From: Octopus sinensis | Taxonomy: Eukaryota | DNA: 64,000 bases | Direction of reading: 5' to 3' | Assembly (NCBI RefSeq): GCF_006345805.1 | Contig: NC_043002.1 | Span: forward strand, 9,424,001-9,488,000 | Shown here: in pieces, positions 1 to 13,406 of the stretch | Position numbering within the stretch: position 1 is the stretch's first letter | Layout of the letters: the number at the start of each line of letters is the position of its first letter | Made by a program: the position numbers and the translations under genes | Notes under the pieces: generated by a model | What the model was told of the DNA's origin: nothing | Databases searched by the model: none | What the model saw: the letters and a program-made list of their open reading frames with translations, nothing else

Positions 1-540
1 TGTTTTGGGTGATTTTTTGTATATTCATATTTGCAACATTTTATATATATATATATATAAATATATATCTTACAAGGTTTGGAGATGATGTACAGGTATT
101 TTATATTAGAAGAAATGAGGTACTCAGAAATTCGGATGGTTTTATATTTACAGATATTTATTTGTATATTACATGTTTTTATACATCATATATCATACAA
201 CATATATTAGCGCTTTCGTCCATTCTAGTGGAGTCTTCAAATTGAACTAAGTTCTTGGGGAAAATTTGACTATTTTTATAGTGTTATTGAGTGTGTAGTG
301 GTGGGGAAGGATATAAGATAGTACAAAAGGGTGATGAATGGGGAGAAAGTGAGAGAGAGCATGTGTGTGCATATATACATATATAAAGTAAGCAGAAAAT
401 GGAGAAATGTTGATCAACAACAATTGACTAATATCAATTATTACTTTAATACAAAGACTTCATCCCATCTAACAGCTGTTTCTGCTTCCAATGTTCCATG
501 GCATTGCCATTGAAAATTCTGAGAATAATATTCATCATAT

Positions 541-960
541 TTTGCGTCGCCTTACTGGCACTTGTGCCCGTGCTAGTAGGGTGCCTAGAGCACCATCAAG
601 GCGTGATCGTTGCCAGAGCAGCCAACTGGCTTCTGTGCCAGTGGCACATAAAAGGGCACCATTCGAGCATGATCGTTACCAACGTCGCCTTACTAGCACC
701 TGTGCTGGTGGCATGTGTAAAAAGATTTGAGCGAGGTCATTGCCAGTACCACCTGACTGGCCCCCGTGCTGGTGGCACGTAAAAAGCACCCACTACACTC
801 TCGGAGTGGTTGGCGTTAGGAAGGGCATCCAGCTGTAGAAACACTGCCAGATCAAGATTGGAGCCTGGTGCAGCCATCTGGTTCGCCAGCCCTCAGTCAA
901 AATCGTCCAACCCATGCTAGCATGGAAAGCAGACGTTAAACAATGATGATGATGATGGTG
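541..960 (+). mobile_element. 5'-truncated RTE-LINE 3' end with (GAT)n tail
   Basis: ggcacgtaaaaagcacccactacac...cccatgctagcatggaaagc..gttaaa(gat)n. The same tail follows RT-coding sequence at 9600-10008 and 18562-19050. Confidence 0.85.
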
Positions 961-1821
961 ACCTGATCTGGAACATGGAGCTTCATCAGAGTGAGTAAAA
1001 ATACAGAAAAGAAGAGCCTTGAGAAAAAGAATAAAGGCTTAATATATTTAAATCCTACCATTTTGCAATGAGATGCTTCAGGACATTGAGTAAATGACTA
1101 AACTAAAAATATTACTGGGTGGGTTAATCTTTCTTTAGGGGTGACAGGGTATATAAATAATAAAAAGGTAAAATGAATACTTTACCATAACCGGATACGC
1201 CAATAGGTCTAGAAAAAGAGGGAGTGATAGTGCTAAAATTTTAGAAGTAATCATAATAGTTAAGATTATATTAATAGTACTAATAATTAGTTTATCGTAA
1301 TAAAATTTGCATCAATTAACTACAATTATTTACTTAATGATATGTTGTAAAGACCAACCACTTATTGCCTGTAATGGGATTGACCAAAGTCCAGCTTTTG
1401 ATATAATTCATCATCATCATCATCGTTTAACGTCCACTTTCCATGCTAGCATGGGTTGGACGATTTGTATAAAGGACACACACACAGACAGACATTTTGC
1501 CATTTATATATATATATGGAGATGTAAAAAAAAATGGGCTGCAGCTCTGTCATGCCTTCTTTGGTCATGGTGATGACTGCTGCTTCATCTCAGAGTCATA
1601 CCTGTAGAGCCAACTCATGTCACCTGTGATGATACTTGACATGAAGAATCAGTCATCAGTGGCATGCTGATGGAGATCTTGACAGACTTCAATGTGATGT
1701 CCTTTCAGCTATGTGGATACATGTAGAGAAGGCTTCATACTGCTTGTTTAATAATTGTGTTGGGTTATGTGACAAGATTTGCAGAGATTCCTTCCAACAC
1801 AAGACAACCGGGGTCATGTTG

Positions 1822-2500
1822 TCATGCCGGAGGCACGTAAAAAGCACCATCCGAATGTGGCCGATGCCAGTGCCGCCTTGACTGGCTTCCGTGTCAGTGG
1901 CACGTAAAAAGCACCAACCGATCGTGGCCGTTGCCAGCCTCACCTGGCACCTGTGCCGGTAGCACATAAAAAGCACCATCTGAACGTGGCCAATGCCAGC
2001 ACCGCCTTGACTGGCTTCCATGTTGGTGGCACGTAAAAAGCACCATCTGAACGTGGCCGATGCCAGTGCCGCCTTGACTGGCTTCTGTGTCAGTGGCACA
2101 TAAAAAGCACCAACCGATCGTGGCCGTTGCCAGCCTCACTGGCACCTGTGCCAGTGGCACATAAAAAAGCACCCACTACACTCACGGAGTGGTTGGCGTT
2201 AGGAAGGGCATCCAGCCATAGAAACACTGCCAGATCAGACTGGAGCCTGGTGCAGCCTTCTGGCTTCCCAGACCATCTACCATTATGAACACTAGCAAAT
2301 AAATATGCCAGTTGAATTCTTTGACACCACAGCTCTATATGAAGGGATTGTAACTATGAATTACATCAAAATAAAATCAACTATTGAAGAAATCCACAGA
2401 CCTTGTGAATATCCCAGAAACGCTAGACCCAGGTCGAACCGTCCTACCCATGCTAGCATGGAAAACAGACGTTAAACAATGATGACGATGATGATGATGA
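1822..2500 (+). mobile_element. RTE-LINE 3' end with internal tandem array; tail split by a ~150 bp insert
   Basis: Six GGCACRTAAAAAGCACC-type motifs at about 61-67 nt spacing, then the standard tail, which resumes at about 2425 and ends in (GAT)n. Confidence 0.85.
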
Positions 2501-2972
2501 TCTGAGTCTATGATAGACCCAGCTATGTTTTGTGTTATATTCTCTTTAGTCTATATGCTCTGCAAGAGAAGTGGATTTGCTATATTTTTCATATTTAAAA
2601 GAGATTAACTGTGTAAAATGTCTGGCTCCAATATAAGATTTAATAGAGTTTTGAGGTTTAGAAAGGATCATGCGCTTGTAGACCACACCAAATCTCCTAC
2701 AGTGTGCTTCATTCCCAGCTTTGCAGTAGCAATTGGATCCATTTGGTGTAGGAATATTTCTGCTATGTGAATTGGAGAATGCAAGATTAGAGTAGACTCT
2801 TCCAGTCCACTCTCAGAATATATTCGTTGTTATCATTGTCTCTCGTACTGTTATTGTAAGAATTGGTAACTGGAAATATAAGTGCTGCTTTATTCCTGTG
2901 GTAACAGAAACCCTACTACTGTAATTGAGACTAATGATAGCTGCTGCTACTACTACTACTACTACTGCCAGT

Positions 2973-3161
2973 AGTTAACGTAGTTCTCGGGGAGATTCAG
3001 CGTGACAAGAAACAGGGAGAAAGAGTGAAAGTTGAGGTGAAAGAGTACAGCAGGGTTCACCCCATCCCGCCGTGGATCTTTAGGTGTTTTCGCTCAATGC
3101 CCGTTCTGGGAATCGAAACCGCGAGTCCGCTGCCCTAACTATTGGGTCATTGCGTCTCCAC
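2973..3161 (-). mobile_element. tRNA-derived SINE (family of 61843-62221), degenerate
   Basis: The reverse complement begins gtggagacgcaatgacccaatagttagggcagcgg...gtttcgattccc (A and B boxes) and matches the copies at 55.9k, 59.4k and 61.8k. Confidence 0.75.
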
Positions 3162-3611
3162 AATGTATATCATGAGCGCTTTAATAAAAGAAAAAAAATG
3201 AAACTGTGTGGAGCCAGAAACTTCGCTGCGGGCCAGCTAGGAAGTTGGGACTTCCGGTAGGAGAAGGAAAACAATGGAATGCCAAGAGTGAGTGTGAAAC
3301 GAATCTGAGTGAATTAAACAGAAACGAATGACGACTTAAGCGTTGATGTAGGCAAAGTAATAAACCTTTGATAAATGTATTCTCGTCTCGTCTAGTTTGT
3401 TTGCGTAGAGCTTAACGAAACTGTGATTGAAAAACCGTTGAAGAAGGTTAAGATGGCTGCTGTGTTGCCGGATTTGAAAATCGATAGGAAAGAACCAGAA
3501 ACTCTTTGGTTTCAAAACTCAGTCGAATGGCCAATTCGGTAATACATAGACATGACGAAAACCAGCATAGCATTTGAGGGGCTAATGCAGTTCGGACCTC
3601 TTCAAAAATGC

Positions 3612-3935
3612 AGGTATTACTTGCGAACAGTGGTCCCGATGCGCGCACTCGCGCATACGCGCTAGCTAGTCATGACTAGTCGATCCTTTGTATTTTTGTG
3701 TGTTATTTACTTTGTTTAAAAAATGATTTACTTTGTGTAAAAAAATCATTTACTTTGTGTTTTTGTGTCTTATTTACTTTATTTAACAAAAATTATTTGC
3801 TTTGTGTAAAAAAAATTATTTATTTTGTGTTTTATTTACTTTGCTAGGTAAGTCGTTGTAGGATCGACTAGTCACGACTAGCTAGCGCGGATGGGCGTGT
3901 GCGCGCACAGGGACCACTGTTCGCTAGTAGTACCC
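3612..3935. mobile_element. MITE family A (CpG-rich ~75 bp TIRs, AT-rich repetitive core)
   Basis: TIRs ggtattacttgcgaacagtggtccc... and ...gggaccactgttcgctagtagtacc; aaaaatgc is duplicated on both flanks. Confidence 0.85.
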
Positions 3936-4939
3936 AAAAATGCATTTCTTTGAAAAGTGTTTTTTTTTACAGATTTCTACGCTTTAAATGTTGGAGATTA
4001 AGAATACGCAAAGAAATACCCCCCACCACCATTTCCCCTCCCATTTAAAATTTTGAATTTTTTCTAAAATTTTTTTCCCCCTATGTTTTCAGATGACGAA
4101 TGTTCCTCATATGCAAGAAACCACGTTTTCAAAATTTTAAATTCAATAAACATTATAGATATATGCGTATACAGAGATAAATAGATATGAATGTCTTCCT
4201 GGGGCTAAAAAGCAACAGTAACACCGTCCTCTTCTTTAGGACCGTCACATTTAGTTGACAAATATACTTTATGAATAAACGGACAGGAATAAATACACAG
4301 ACAGATAGATAAATAAATGGATGAAAAAGTTCAAAATCTAAAATTAAGGGAGGGCATGAAATTTGAGTCCCTTATTAGACGTTATAACAATAATTAGACA
4401 TTAATGTTTGTTTCTCATAAAATGGTGAAAATTCAATTTATATGAAATTATTTACGATTTAAGGCAAAACACAAATAAATCGCTAATTCTTTTCACTTTA
4501 ATGTTTTTGTCTGTATTTAATTTCGATTCGCTTCGATCTTTTTGAAGTAAACAAAATCCAAAATTTGAAATTGGGGAGGTGAAATTAAGAAATACTATTT
4601 TGCACTTTCGTAATCTCCTTAGGAATTCGAAAAAACCTTTTTAAAGAAAAAAATGCATTTTTCAAGGAGAGGTGCGAATGCGAAACTGCAACCCCCCGTT
4701 TTGATACCAACAATTGTTGTTAGTATTAATAATAAAGAGCAATGAACATAACCGAAAAATGAAAATAAACATTTGTGTGTGTGTGTGTATGTATATATTT
4801 ATATATTCAAACATATATATACATATATATGTTTGAATGTATTTTATGTAGTCTATTGACTATTTTTTCTTTCTCACTTGACCGCTGGTAGCGGGGAATT
4901 TTTCTAGAATTTTTTGCTACCCTAAAATTTATTAATTGA

Positions 4940-5028
4940 TGATATATATATTTATATATGTATGTATGTATATATATATATATATATATATATACATACA
5001 TACATATATAAATATATGTAACCTTCCA

Positions 5029-5071
<43 letters not shown>

Positions 5072-5136
5072 ATATATATATATATAACCTTCCAATACAT
5101 ATATATATATACACATATATATATGTATATATATAT

Positions 5137-5185
<49 letters not shown>

Positions 5186-5266
5186 GTATATATATATATG
5201 TATATGTATATATATATATGTATATGTATATATTATATGTATGTATATATATATAATATATATATG

Positions 5267-5298
<32 letters not shown>

Positions 5299-5417
5299 TA
5301 TATGTGTGTATATATATGTATATATGTATGTATATATATATGTATGTATATATATATGTATATATATATATACATATATGTATGTATATATATATTATAT
5401 GTATGTATATATACATA
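4940..5417. repeat. (TA)n/(TATG)n microsatellite
   Basis: Direct inspection. Confidence 0.95.
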
Positions 5418-5510
5418 CAGTAATCCCTCGACTATCACGGGTGTTACGTTTCTCCCCCCCCCCCCCCGCGAAAGGTGAAAATCTGAGAAATAGAAAGAGT
5501 ACTGTATGAT
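5417..5510 (+). mobile_element. Tigger/pogo-like terminal fragment
   Basis: TA|CAGTAATCCCTCG terminus typical of TcMar-Tigger TIRs; no partner end found. Confidence 0.5.
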
Positions 5511-5794
5511 TTTAAAATTATTTTTATCATTTGTATGCATTTGGTTTATTATAAATGGAAAACAACACTACAGTTTTGAAATATTTTCACATCCTGCCGT
5601 GTTCCTCACCATCCCTGTTCGGACCAATCTTGGCCAATTTTTCTCTAAACTTCTTAAACCATGGGAGGAGCTTTTTCTGTAAAAGAAAAAAAGAAATTGT
5701 AAATATTTTCAGAAGAAAAGGTGTACGATTCAAGGGAGATTTGGCTGTTGTTTCTAACACATCCCAAACCACCCTCCGTTTTCACTCTCACATG

Positions 5795-6203
5795 TTTTCT
5801 CTTTTACTTGTTTCAGTCATTTGACTGCGGCCATGCTGGAGCACCGCCTTTAGTCGAGCAAATCGACGCCGGGACTTATTCTTTTGTAAGCCCAGTACTT
5901 ATTCTATCTGTCTCTTTTGCCGAACCGCTAAGTGACGAGGACGTAAACACACCAGCATCGGTTGTCAAGCAATGCTAGGGGGACAAACACAGACACACAA
6001 ACATATACACACACACTTATATATACATATACATATATACGACAGGCTTCTTTCAGTTTCCGTCTACCAAATCCACTCACAAGGCTTTGGTTGGCCCGGA
6101 GCTATAGCAGAAGACACTTGCCCAAGATGCCACGCAGTGGGACTGAACCCGGAACCATGTGGTTGGTTAGCAAGCTACTTACCACACAGCCACCCCTGCG
6201 CCT
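5795..6203 (-). mobile_element. tRNA-headed CORE-like SINE
   Basis: Minus strand has head ggcgcagg..tggctgtgtgg...gggttcagtccc, core cttgggcaagtgtc and tail gactgaaacaagtaaaagag. Near-identical copies occur elsewhere in the window. Confidence 0.9.
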
Positions 6204-6493
6204 ATATGTTTTTTTTTTCAATATTTTTCTCCAATTAAACACATTTTATGGAATGATGATGCCGAAGTAACACACTCGGGATCCATTGTGGGATATAAGC
6301 AAGAACAAAATTGTAATTAAAATTCTTACCCCAACCTCAATCAAGTGAAACCGTGTGTGTAAGAAAAAGCATTTTCTAACAGAAAAGTATGCTATTACAA
6401 GAAATTATCGTTTACATATCTCTTTTTAGAAATCACTGTGCATAAATGCCAGCAATAACCTTCTCAGACTCGCCAATATTTTAAACTGGCATA

Positions 6494-6882
6494 GTTTACT
6501 CTTTTACTTGTTTCAGTCATTTGACTGCGGCCATGCTGGAGCACCGCCTTTAAACGAGCAACTCAACCCTGGGACTTATTTTTTTGTAAGCCCATTACTT
6601 TGTCTATCGGTCTCCTTTTGCCGAACCGCTAAGTGACGGGGACGTAAACACACCAGCATCGGTTGTCAAGCAATGCTAGAGGGACAAACACAGATACACA
6701 AACACATACACGCATATATATACATATATACGACGGGCTTCTTTCAGTTTCCGTCTACCAAATCCACTAACAAGGCTTTGGTTGGCCCGAGGCTATAGCA
6801 GAAGACAATTGCCCAAGATGCCACGCAGTGGGACTGAACCCGGAACCATGTGGTTGGTAAACAAGCTACTTACCACACAGCC
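6494..6882 (-). mobile_element. tRNA-headed CORE-like SINE
   Basis: Same family as 5795-6203. Confidence 0.9.
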
Positions 6883-6889
6883 GAAACAG

Positions 6890-7600
6890 GTGATATGGGA
6901 AAGTGCAGCATTGACAACAAAACATTTGTGGAGTAAATGATGGGCTAATTCGACTAAGCAACATGCTGTGCATCCGTTTTGAGTATTTCAGGGCCTAATC
7001 TGTCATGGAAAATTAGGGGTTGGGGTTATGTGATTTTTGAACGCACCGAAAAGCTGTCAGTGGATATACTCTCTGTTGCAGCAGTTGGCGCTGTGTCTAA
7101 CACAACCCATCGTCTGAAATTTTGACACCTCCTTCAGGTTTGTTATCCTACATCACTCATATGGTAAATTCGGAGGAACTTTGGTTGTTCATTTGTGGGT
7201 GACAGGGAACCAATGACTTGCCCTTGAACTTTGACAGCATAAATTCATGTTTAACCATCTTCTTAGATGCAGGGTTGTATTGTTGGATATTGTTCAGAAA
7301 ATCCTTTGACTCGATGGAAGTGTCTTCTAGAAGATCCATAAGAGGTTGAGAAGGAGCTGGTAGTGCTGGCAATGCTACCTGACCACTTAAGCAGCACATG
7401 CCATTTGTTACATTTGAAAATTTTAAATCTCTACAGAAATGACAATTTGTGGTTAGCGCACCAATTTGGACAAAATTATCATTTTTATAAGAACAGGATG
7501 GATCATATCTGAAAGCAGCTTCAGAAGTTGTGAAGAATGAATTTGTATGTAGTCTGTTTCTGAGAGTTATTCTATTGGACCTCTGTCTAATCATTAAAAC
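6890..7600 (-). mobile_element. Helitron Rep/helicase N-terminal remnant
   Basis: ORF 7157-7594 contains C..C...NGMCCLSGQVALPALPAPSQPLMDLL...SKDFLNNIQQYN, matching the Helitron CC..G.V.LP...F..NI..YN motif. Confidence 0.75.
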
Positions 7601-8049
7601 ATTGGTTTAATGATCCAGCTGCAGCATGCATTTGCTGATTTTGGAAAAGTCTCATTTCCCTTCTCTCTTGAGATTCGGTAACCTCAGGCAGGGAGGAAAT
7701 AAACACATGAGAGCAAAATGCTGTCTCTCTTTTACAATTTACAGGATCATGCTCAAAGTGGTTTCGTCACTCGCACACACCATCTTTCCTACATTCACCC
7801 ACCTTTTTTTGAAACTTTCGCGTGACAAAACCTGCCTCTCCATTCTCACCTTCCATTTCAAGTGGTACTTGAAAAAGTTGATGAGCGATTGGCCAGAGAG
7901 GTAAGTGTCTGTCTCTAATCCTTTTGCTCAGGTCCACCACACACATTCTTTCACCATGGCCACCAGTACGATGAAAACTGCCTTGCCTTCCCGGTTGAGG
8001 GAAGGGGGCAGAGCAATTCTCACAATAGACTTGGCCAACAGCCGGACTC

Positions 8050-10008
8050 GTCCCACATGTGACAGCAGTAGAGAGACCAGCTATCCCAATAGACAGCTCC
8101 CTAGTAGATAAAGCAATTAAGGGTATGAAGCCAGGAAAAGCCCCCGGCCCATCAGGAATCACGGCTGAGATGCTCAAAACATCTGGTGGTGTGGGCTATG
8201 GCCTAGTCACTCGCATTGTAAACCAGGTAGTTCATAATGGAGTCGTACCCAATGACTGGCATAGCAGCACTATAGTCAACTGCTACAAAAGTAAAGGTGA
8301 TGCTCTAGATAGAAATAACTACAGGGGTATTAAACTGTTGGATCAGGTGATGAAGGTCACAGAGAGGGTCATAGCCCATTTCATTAGGGAGAGAGTCTGC
8401 TTAGATGAGATGCAGTTCGGTTTTGTGTCGGGTAGAAGCACCACTGATGCCATATTCCTGGTTCGACAACTGCAGGAGAAATACCTAGCTAAAGATAAAC
8501 CCCTCAACATAGCTTTCATGGACTTGGAGAAAGCCTTTGACAGGGTCCCCGGATCCCTATCTGGTGGGCGATGCGGAAACTGGAGACTGACGAATGGTTA
8601 ATAAGAGCTGTACAGGCCCTATACAGAGAGGCTGTCAGCAAGGTTAGGATTAGCAATGAGTACAGTGAAGAATTCCGGGTAGAAGTAGGGGTCCACCATG
8701 GTTCAGTGCTCAGTCCCCTTTTATTCATCATAGTCCAAGTAATAACAGAGGAATTCAAGAGGGGTTGCCCTTGGGAGATCATCTATGCTGATGACCTGGC
8801 CCTCATAGCAGAATCACTACCAGAACTAGAAAAGAAATTTTGGGTGTGGAAGCTAGGTTTAGAATCAAAAGGCCTTAGAGTCAATGTAGCAAAGACCAAA
8901 GTTCTAGAAAGTAGGAAGGCAAACACACCACACACTCCTTTAGGTAGGTGGCCCTCCTCGATCTGTAGAACAGGTGTAGGTAGAAACTCCATAAGATGTA
9001 CCCAGTGTAAGCTATGGACACATAAGAAGTGCAGCAACATCAAAGGAAAATTAACTGAGAAGATGCACAGGGGCAATAGACACCACAGATACTCAGAAAA
9101 GAGATTCCATTACACTCCTGGGGGAGAAACTAGAAGTAGTTGATAGTTTCCGCTACCTAGGTGACCAAGTTAGCAGTGGAGGGGGTGGTGCTCAGAGTGA
9201 AAGGTAGATTGTACGACACATGTGTGCGAATGCCATGCTTCACAATAGTGAAACATGGGCCATGACTGCAGAGGACATGCATAGGCTTGAAAGAAATGAA
9301 GCTAGCATGATCCGCTGGATGTGTAATGTCAGTGTGCACACACGACAGAGTGTAAGTGCCCTGAGAGAAATGCTGGACATAAGAAGCATTTGATGTGGTG
9401 TGCAAGAGAGATAGATGTCTGCGCTGGTATGGTCATGTACTACGGATGGATGAGGTGAGATGTGTGAAGAAGTGCCACTCCCAAACAGTTGAAGGAATCT
9501 TGGGTAGAGGTAGACCCAGGAAGACATGGGATGAGGTGGTCAAGCATGACTTTCGATTGTTGGGTCTCACAGAGGCAATGATGAAAGACTGAGACCTCTG
9601 GAGATATGCTGTGACTGCGAAGACCTGACAAATAACGTGAGTTCATGGCTGTTTCTTGCACCAGCTTCACATAGAAGTCCAGCCCATCCAAAGTGCCTTG
9701 GATCGCATGATGGCCTGCTGTGCTTACCTTGGATCGTAGAGTGACCTGCTGTGCTTGAGGAGACCTACTGAGTCAACATCAAAAAACCAAATGGAAATTG
9801 TAGCTGCGATACCTGTGCCGGTGGCATGTAAAAAGCACCAACCGATTGTGGCCATTGCCAGCCTCCCCTGGCATGTAAAAAGCACCCACTACACCCACTA
9901 CACTCACAGTTGTAGAAACTCTGCCAGATCAGACTGGAGCCTGGTGCAGCCTTCAGTCAAGTCATCCAACACATCCTAGCATGGAGAGCGGACATTAAAC
10001 GATGATGA
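8050..10008 (+). mobile_element. RTE-clade LINE, 5'-truncated, frameshifted RT plus 3' tail
   Basis: GKAPGPSGI, NYRGIKLL, QFGF, DLEKAFDRV, GSVLSPLLF, YADD, LRWYGHV and GRGRPRKTW motifs; ends in a (GAT) tail. Confidence 0.92.
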
Positions 10009-10489
10009 TTTATATATGTAGATATATATATAATATATATATATATATTATATATATATATACATACATATATATATACATTCTCAACATACACTGATAA
10101 ACAGTTTCGCCATGGGCTCTTAGGAGCACAGTTCGATTTGTTTTTTGCTCCGCCTCTGTTCTGTTTTTGTTTTTCCAACGGATTTCCTTTTTTCTTCCTG
10201 AAGAGAAAGACACAATATGGTCCCATTATTCAATCGGATTTTGGTAATTTGTGCCTTTCGAAACACGTGTAGAATGAAATAAAACGATTTCTGTTCAATC
10301 TGCGTTCAGCTCCATTTCTTCAATTCACCAATAATGTTTTAATTTCAATTATCCGCACCAACGCACGGTTGCAACGCCAGATGGTTGTACCTCCAACCGT
10401 GCTGTTTACTGCTGTGATTTTTGCTACTAAGGTATCGGTTAAACTTTTGATTAATCTACTACAAGATTATTCATCTTTCTATTTCACAT

Positions 10490-10519
<30 letters not shown>

Positions 10520-10522
<3 letters not shown>

Positions 10523-11005
10523 CATCATCGTTTAATGTCCACTTTCCTTGCTAGCATGGATTGGACAGTTCGACTGAGGTCTGGGAAGCCAAAAGGCTGC
10601 ACCAGGCTCCAGTCTGATCTGGCAGTGTTTCTACAGCTGGATGCCCTTCCTAACGCCAACCACTCCATGAGTGTAGTAGGTGCTTATTACGTGCCAACAG
10701 CACAGATACCAGGCAAGGCTGGCAACGGCCACGATTGGTTGGTGCTTTTTACGTGCCACTGGCACAGGGATTACAACTACAATTTCCATTGATTTTTGAT
10801 GTTGATGTACTTGACTCAATAGATCTCTTCAAGCACAGAGTCAAAACGGTGTGTCTTTACTTTCCACCTGCACAGGCATCGCCCGGGTGCCAGTCATAGG
10901 ATTTGGTTCAATTTCGATTTTGATTTCACTTGCCCCAACAGGTCTTCGCAAGCAGTGTTTAGTGTCCAATGAAGGGAGGTTGGCATGGGTGCCAGTCGTC
11001 GGAAC
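10520..11005 (-). mobile_element. RTE-LINE 3' UTR fragment
   Basis: (CAT)n plus the reverse complement of the family tail. Confidence 0.85.
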
Positions 11006-11026
11006 ATATTATTATTATTATTATTA

Positions 11027-11060
<34 letters not shown>

Positions 11061-11622
11061 TTAAAGGTCACACTATATATGTTAAAGCACTACTTATAGT
11101 TTCATATATTGAAAGAAACTCAAACATAGTCTTCAGGTGCAAAACCACATACGAAACTATTAGTAGCTCTTTAACATATGTATTGTAATCTTTAAACATA
11201 ATATTTTTTCTCTCACCAGATGGAGTACTTTTTTTGTTGAATTTTCTATCACGGATTGGTACATTTCATATATATATATAAAAAATCTACAGATGGAGAA
11301 TGGACATACTACCACCATGTTCTTAATGATGAAATTAACCTCTTTGTCTATAAATTCACCCTCTTTGTAATGTTGGCAAATGAAATAAGTATAAAAATGT
11401 GCATTTACTGTTTAATTAAAAAACTCTATATGTGGCTGAAGATTGCTCAACATTTTAAAACTGATGTAATACTTACAGTGTTTTATAAAATGAAGTAGCA
11501 TGAAACGATGGATATCCTTGTTGCTTATTTTGATTATAATCACCCCATTTGATTTATATGGATAATACCATACAAAATTAAGTACCATGTTCATCTCTCT
11601 CTCTCTATATATATATATATAT

Positions 11623-11667
<45 letters not shown>

Positions 11668-11672
<5 letters not shown>

Positions 11673-11960
11673 TGCGATGGGTAATTTGTCATTTTATTTT
11701 TAATTTCGCGCATGCGCAAGGTTTGTTTTGGATTTTGTCGACTACACAGTTTTGTAGGTTCAGCCGGGCACCGTCTTTGAAAAAAAAAATAGCAGGATGA
11801 CGCAGTTCACTCCGCCAGAAATTTGGGAACGACATGGAGTACTGCTTGGCATTCGCGCCGGAAGTTCCGATATGGACATTTCAGAATGTTTGGGTGTGAA
11901 TCTGAGGACCGTACAGCGGATTCGGATAGAGTTGGACGAATCCAATGATTACGAAGGTAA
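11668..11960 (+). mobile_element. Tc1/mariner (maT-like) 5' remnant
   Basis: The ATG at 11797 reads MTQFTPPEIWERHGVLLGIRAGSSDMDISECLGVNLRTVQRIR, an HTH-like transposase N-terminus. Confidence 0.6.
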
Positions 11961-12245
11961 AATTTAAACCTGTAAAACGTAAATATATAGATTATTATTA
12001 TTTGGCTGTGATTTCTAGCAGGTTGAACGACCACGTCGTCACCCATTTTGAGACGTACGTATTTTGGCATCAGATTATTATTTACTTTTATTTCATTTAA
12101 AAAGCTGCATTGCTATTTTAATATGCAACACTTGAGCATTTATCAAATCAAGCCCAACCAGCATGTTACGACGATGTGTGGCAGGAAATGGACACCAGAC
12201 TAAAAGATCTGGTGTTATACTGACTATTATTACAATATCATTCTC

Positions 12246-12465
12246 GGGTACTACTAGCAAACAGCGGTCCCGGTGCGCGCACTCGCGTAGTCGCGCATCC
12301 GCGCTAGCTAGTCGTGGCTAGTCGATCCTACAACGACTACCTAGCAAAGTAAATAAAACGCAAAAGCACAAAGTAAATAACATAAAAATACAAAGTAAGA
12401 ATCAACTAGTCATGACTAGCCATGCGCGAGTGCGCGCACCGGGACCACTGTTCTCAAGTAGTTCT
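12246..12465. mobile_element. MITE family A copy
   Basis: Same TIRs as 3612-3935; tcattctc is duplicated on both flanks. Confidence 0.85.
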
Positions 12466-13347
12466 TCATTCTCGCAGATAAATCCAAAAATATATATAAA
12501 ATAACAAAGTACAGAAATGTGATGTGTTTTGGAAGTAACTACGTATAAAAAAATAGTCATTAAGTCAGAATTGGTAATATCTTGTTGACTTCTTCTCATC
12601 CTGTTAATATTTAAGAAAACATAATATTGTATTTATCAGTCAAAGAGTAGAAAAATATCGTAAGAAATTTGACAAATCAGAAGACACAAATTCTTCAAAG
12701 AACTGAATTTGATGACAAAATAACAGATTTTTTTGGCAATCCTTCGGTATAGGTACCGGAAGTGGCTTTGTTTACATTTCTGAAGATAACAGAAACCCTT
12801 TTCTCCCACCCCTAGCCCTAACACTAACCCCCCCATATATTTATATATATATATATATAAAAAAACACTTGAAATGTATCCGGTACCTATACCGAAGTTA
12901 CCACAACTACACATGTGTACCCCACCCCCGACTTTGTTGCCTCATAACTTCCAGATAAATGGATACTTTTCTGTGAAATTTTCAGTAAACACTGCTTAGA
13001 TGCTGTGGATTCTAAGTATATAGGAATTTATGGGAAAGAATTTTCTGAGGGAGGAGTAAGGAGAGGGGTTTCGGAAAATTCACATGATCCGACTTTTTTT
13101 CCCCTTTGCAACTTTCAGGAAAATGGATATCTTTTAATGAAATTGGTTAATATCTAATTTAACATCCGGCAAAAAAAAAAAAAAAGGAAAGTAAAACAAT
13201 TATAATAGCTGTAAAAAAAAATGTGTAGTAAACGAATCTACACAAAATTTGTGCAATCGAACCAGGGTGTGCGGAGCAGACCTTTCGGAAAATTAACACA
13301 ATCCGATTTTTTCCCCTCATAACTTTCAGGAAAATGGCTATGTTTTG

Positions 13348-13404
<57 letters not shown>

Positions 13405-13406
13405 AT

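Noticed and set aside
1830-2180. CRISPR-like repeat/spacer array
   Set aside because: The spacers are only two recurring types, the array is part of a LINE 3' UTR, the context is eukaryotic and there are no cas genes.
4807-5540. Long Y/I/H/T-rich ORFs
   Set aside because: They are translations of (TA)n/(TATG)n microsatellite.
8059-9592. Active reverse transcriptase gene
   Set aside because: It is 5'-truncated with frameshifts and stops. No intact LINE ORF2 exists in the window.
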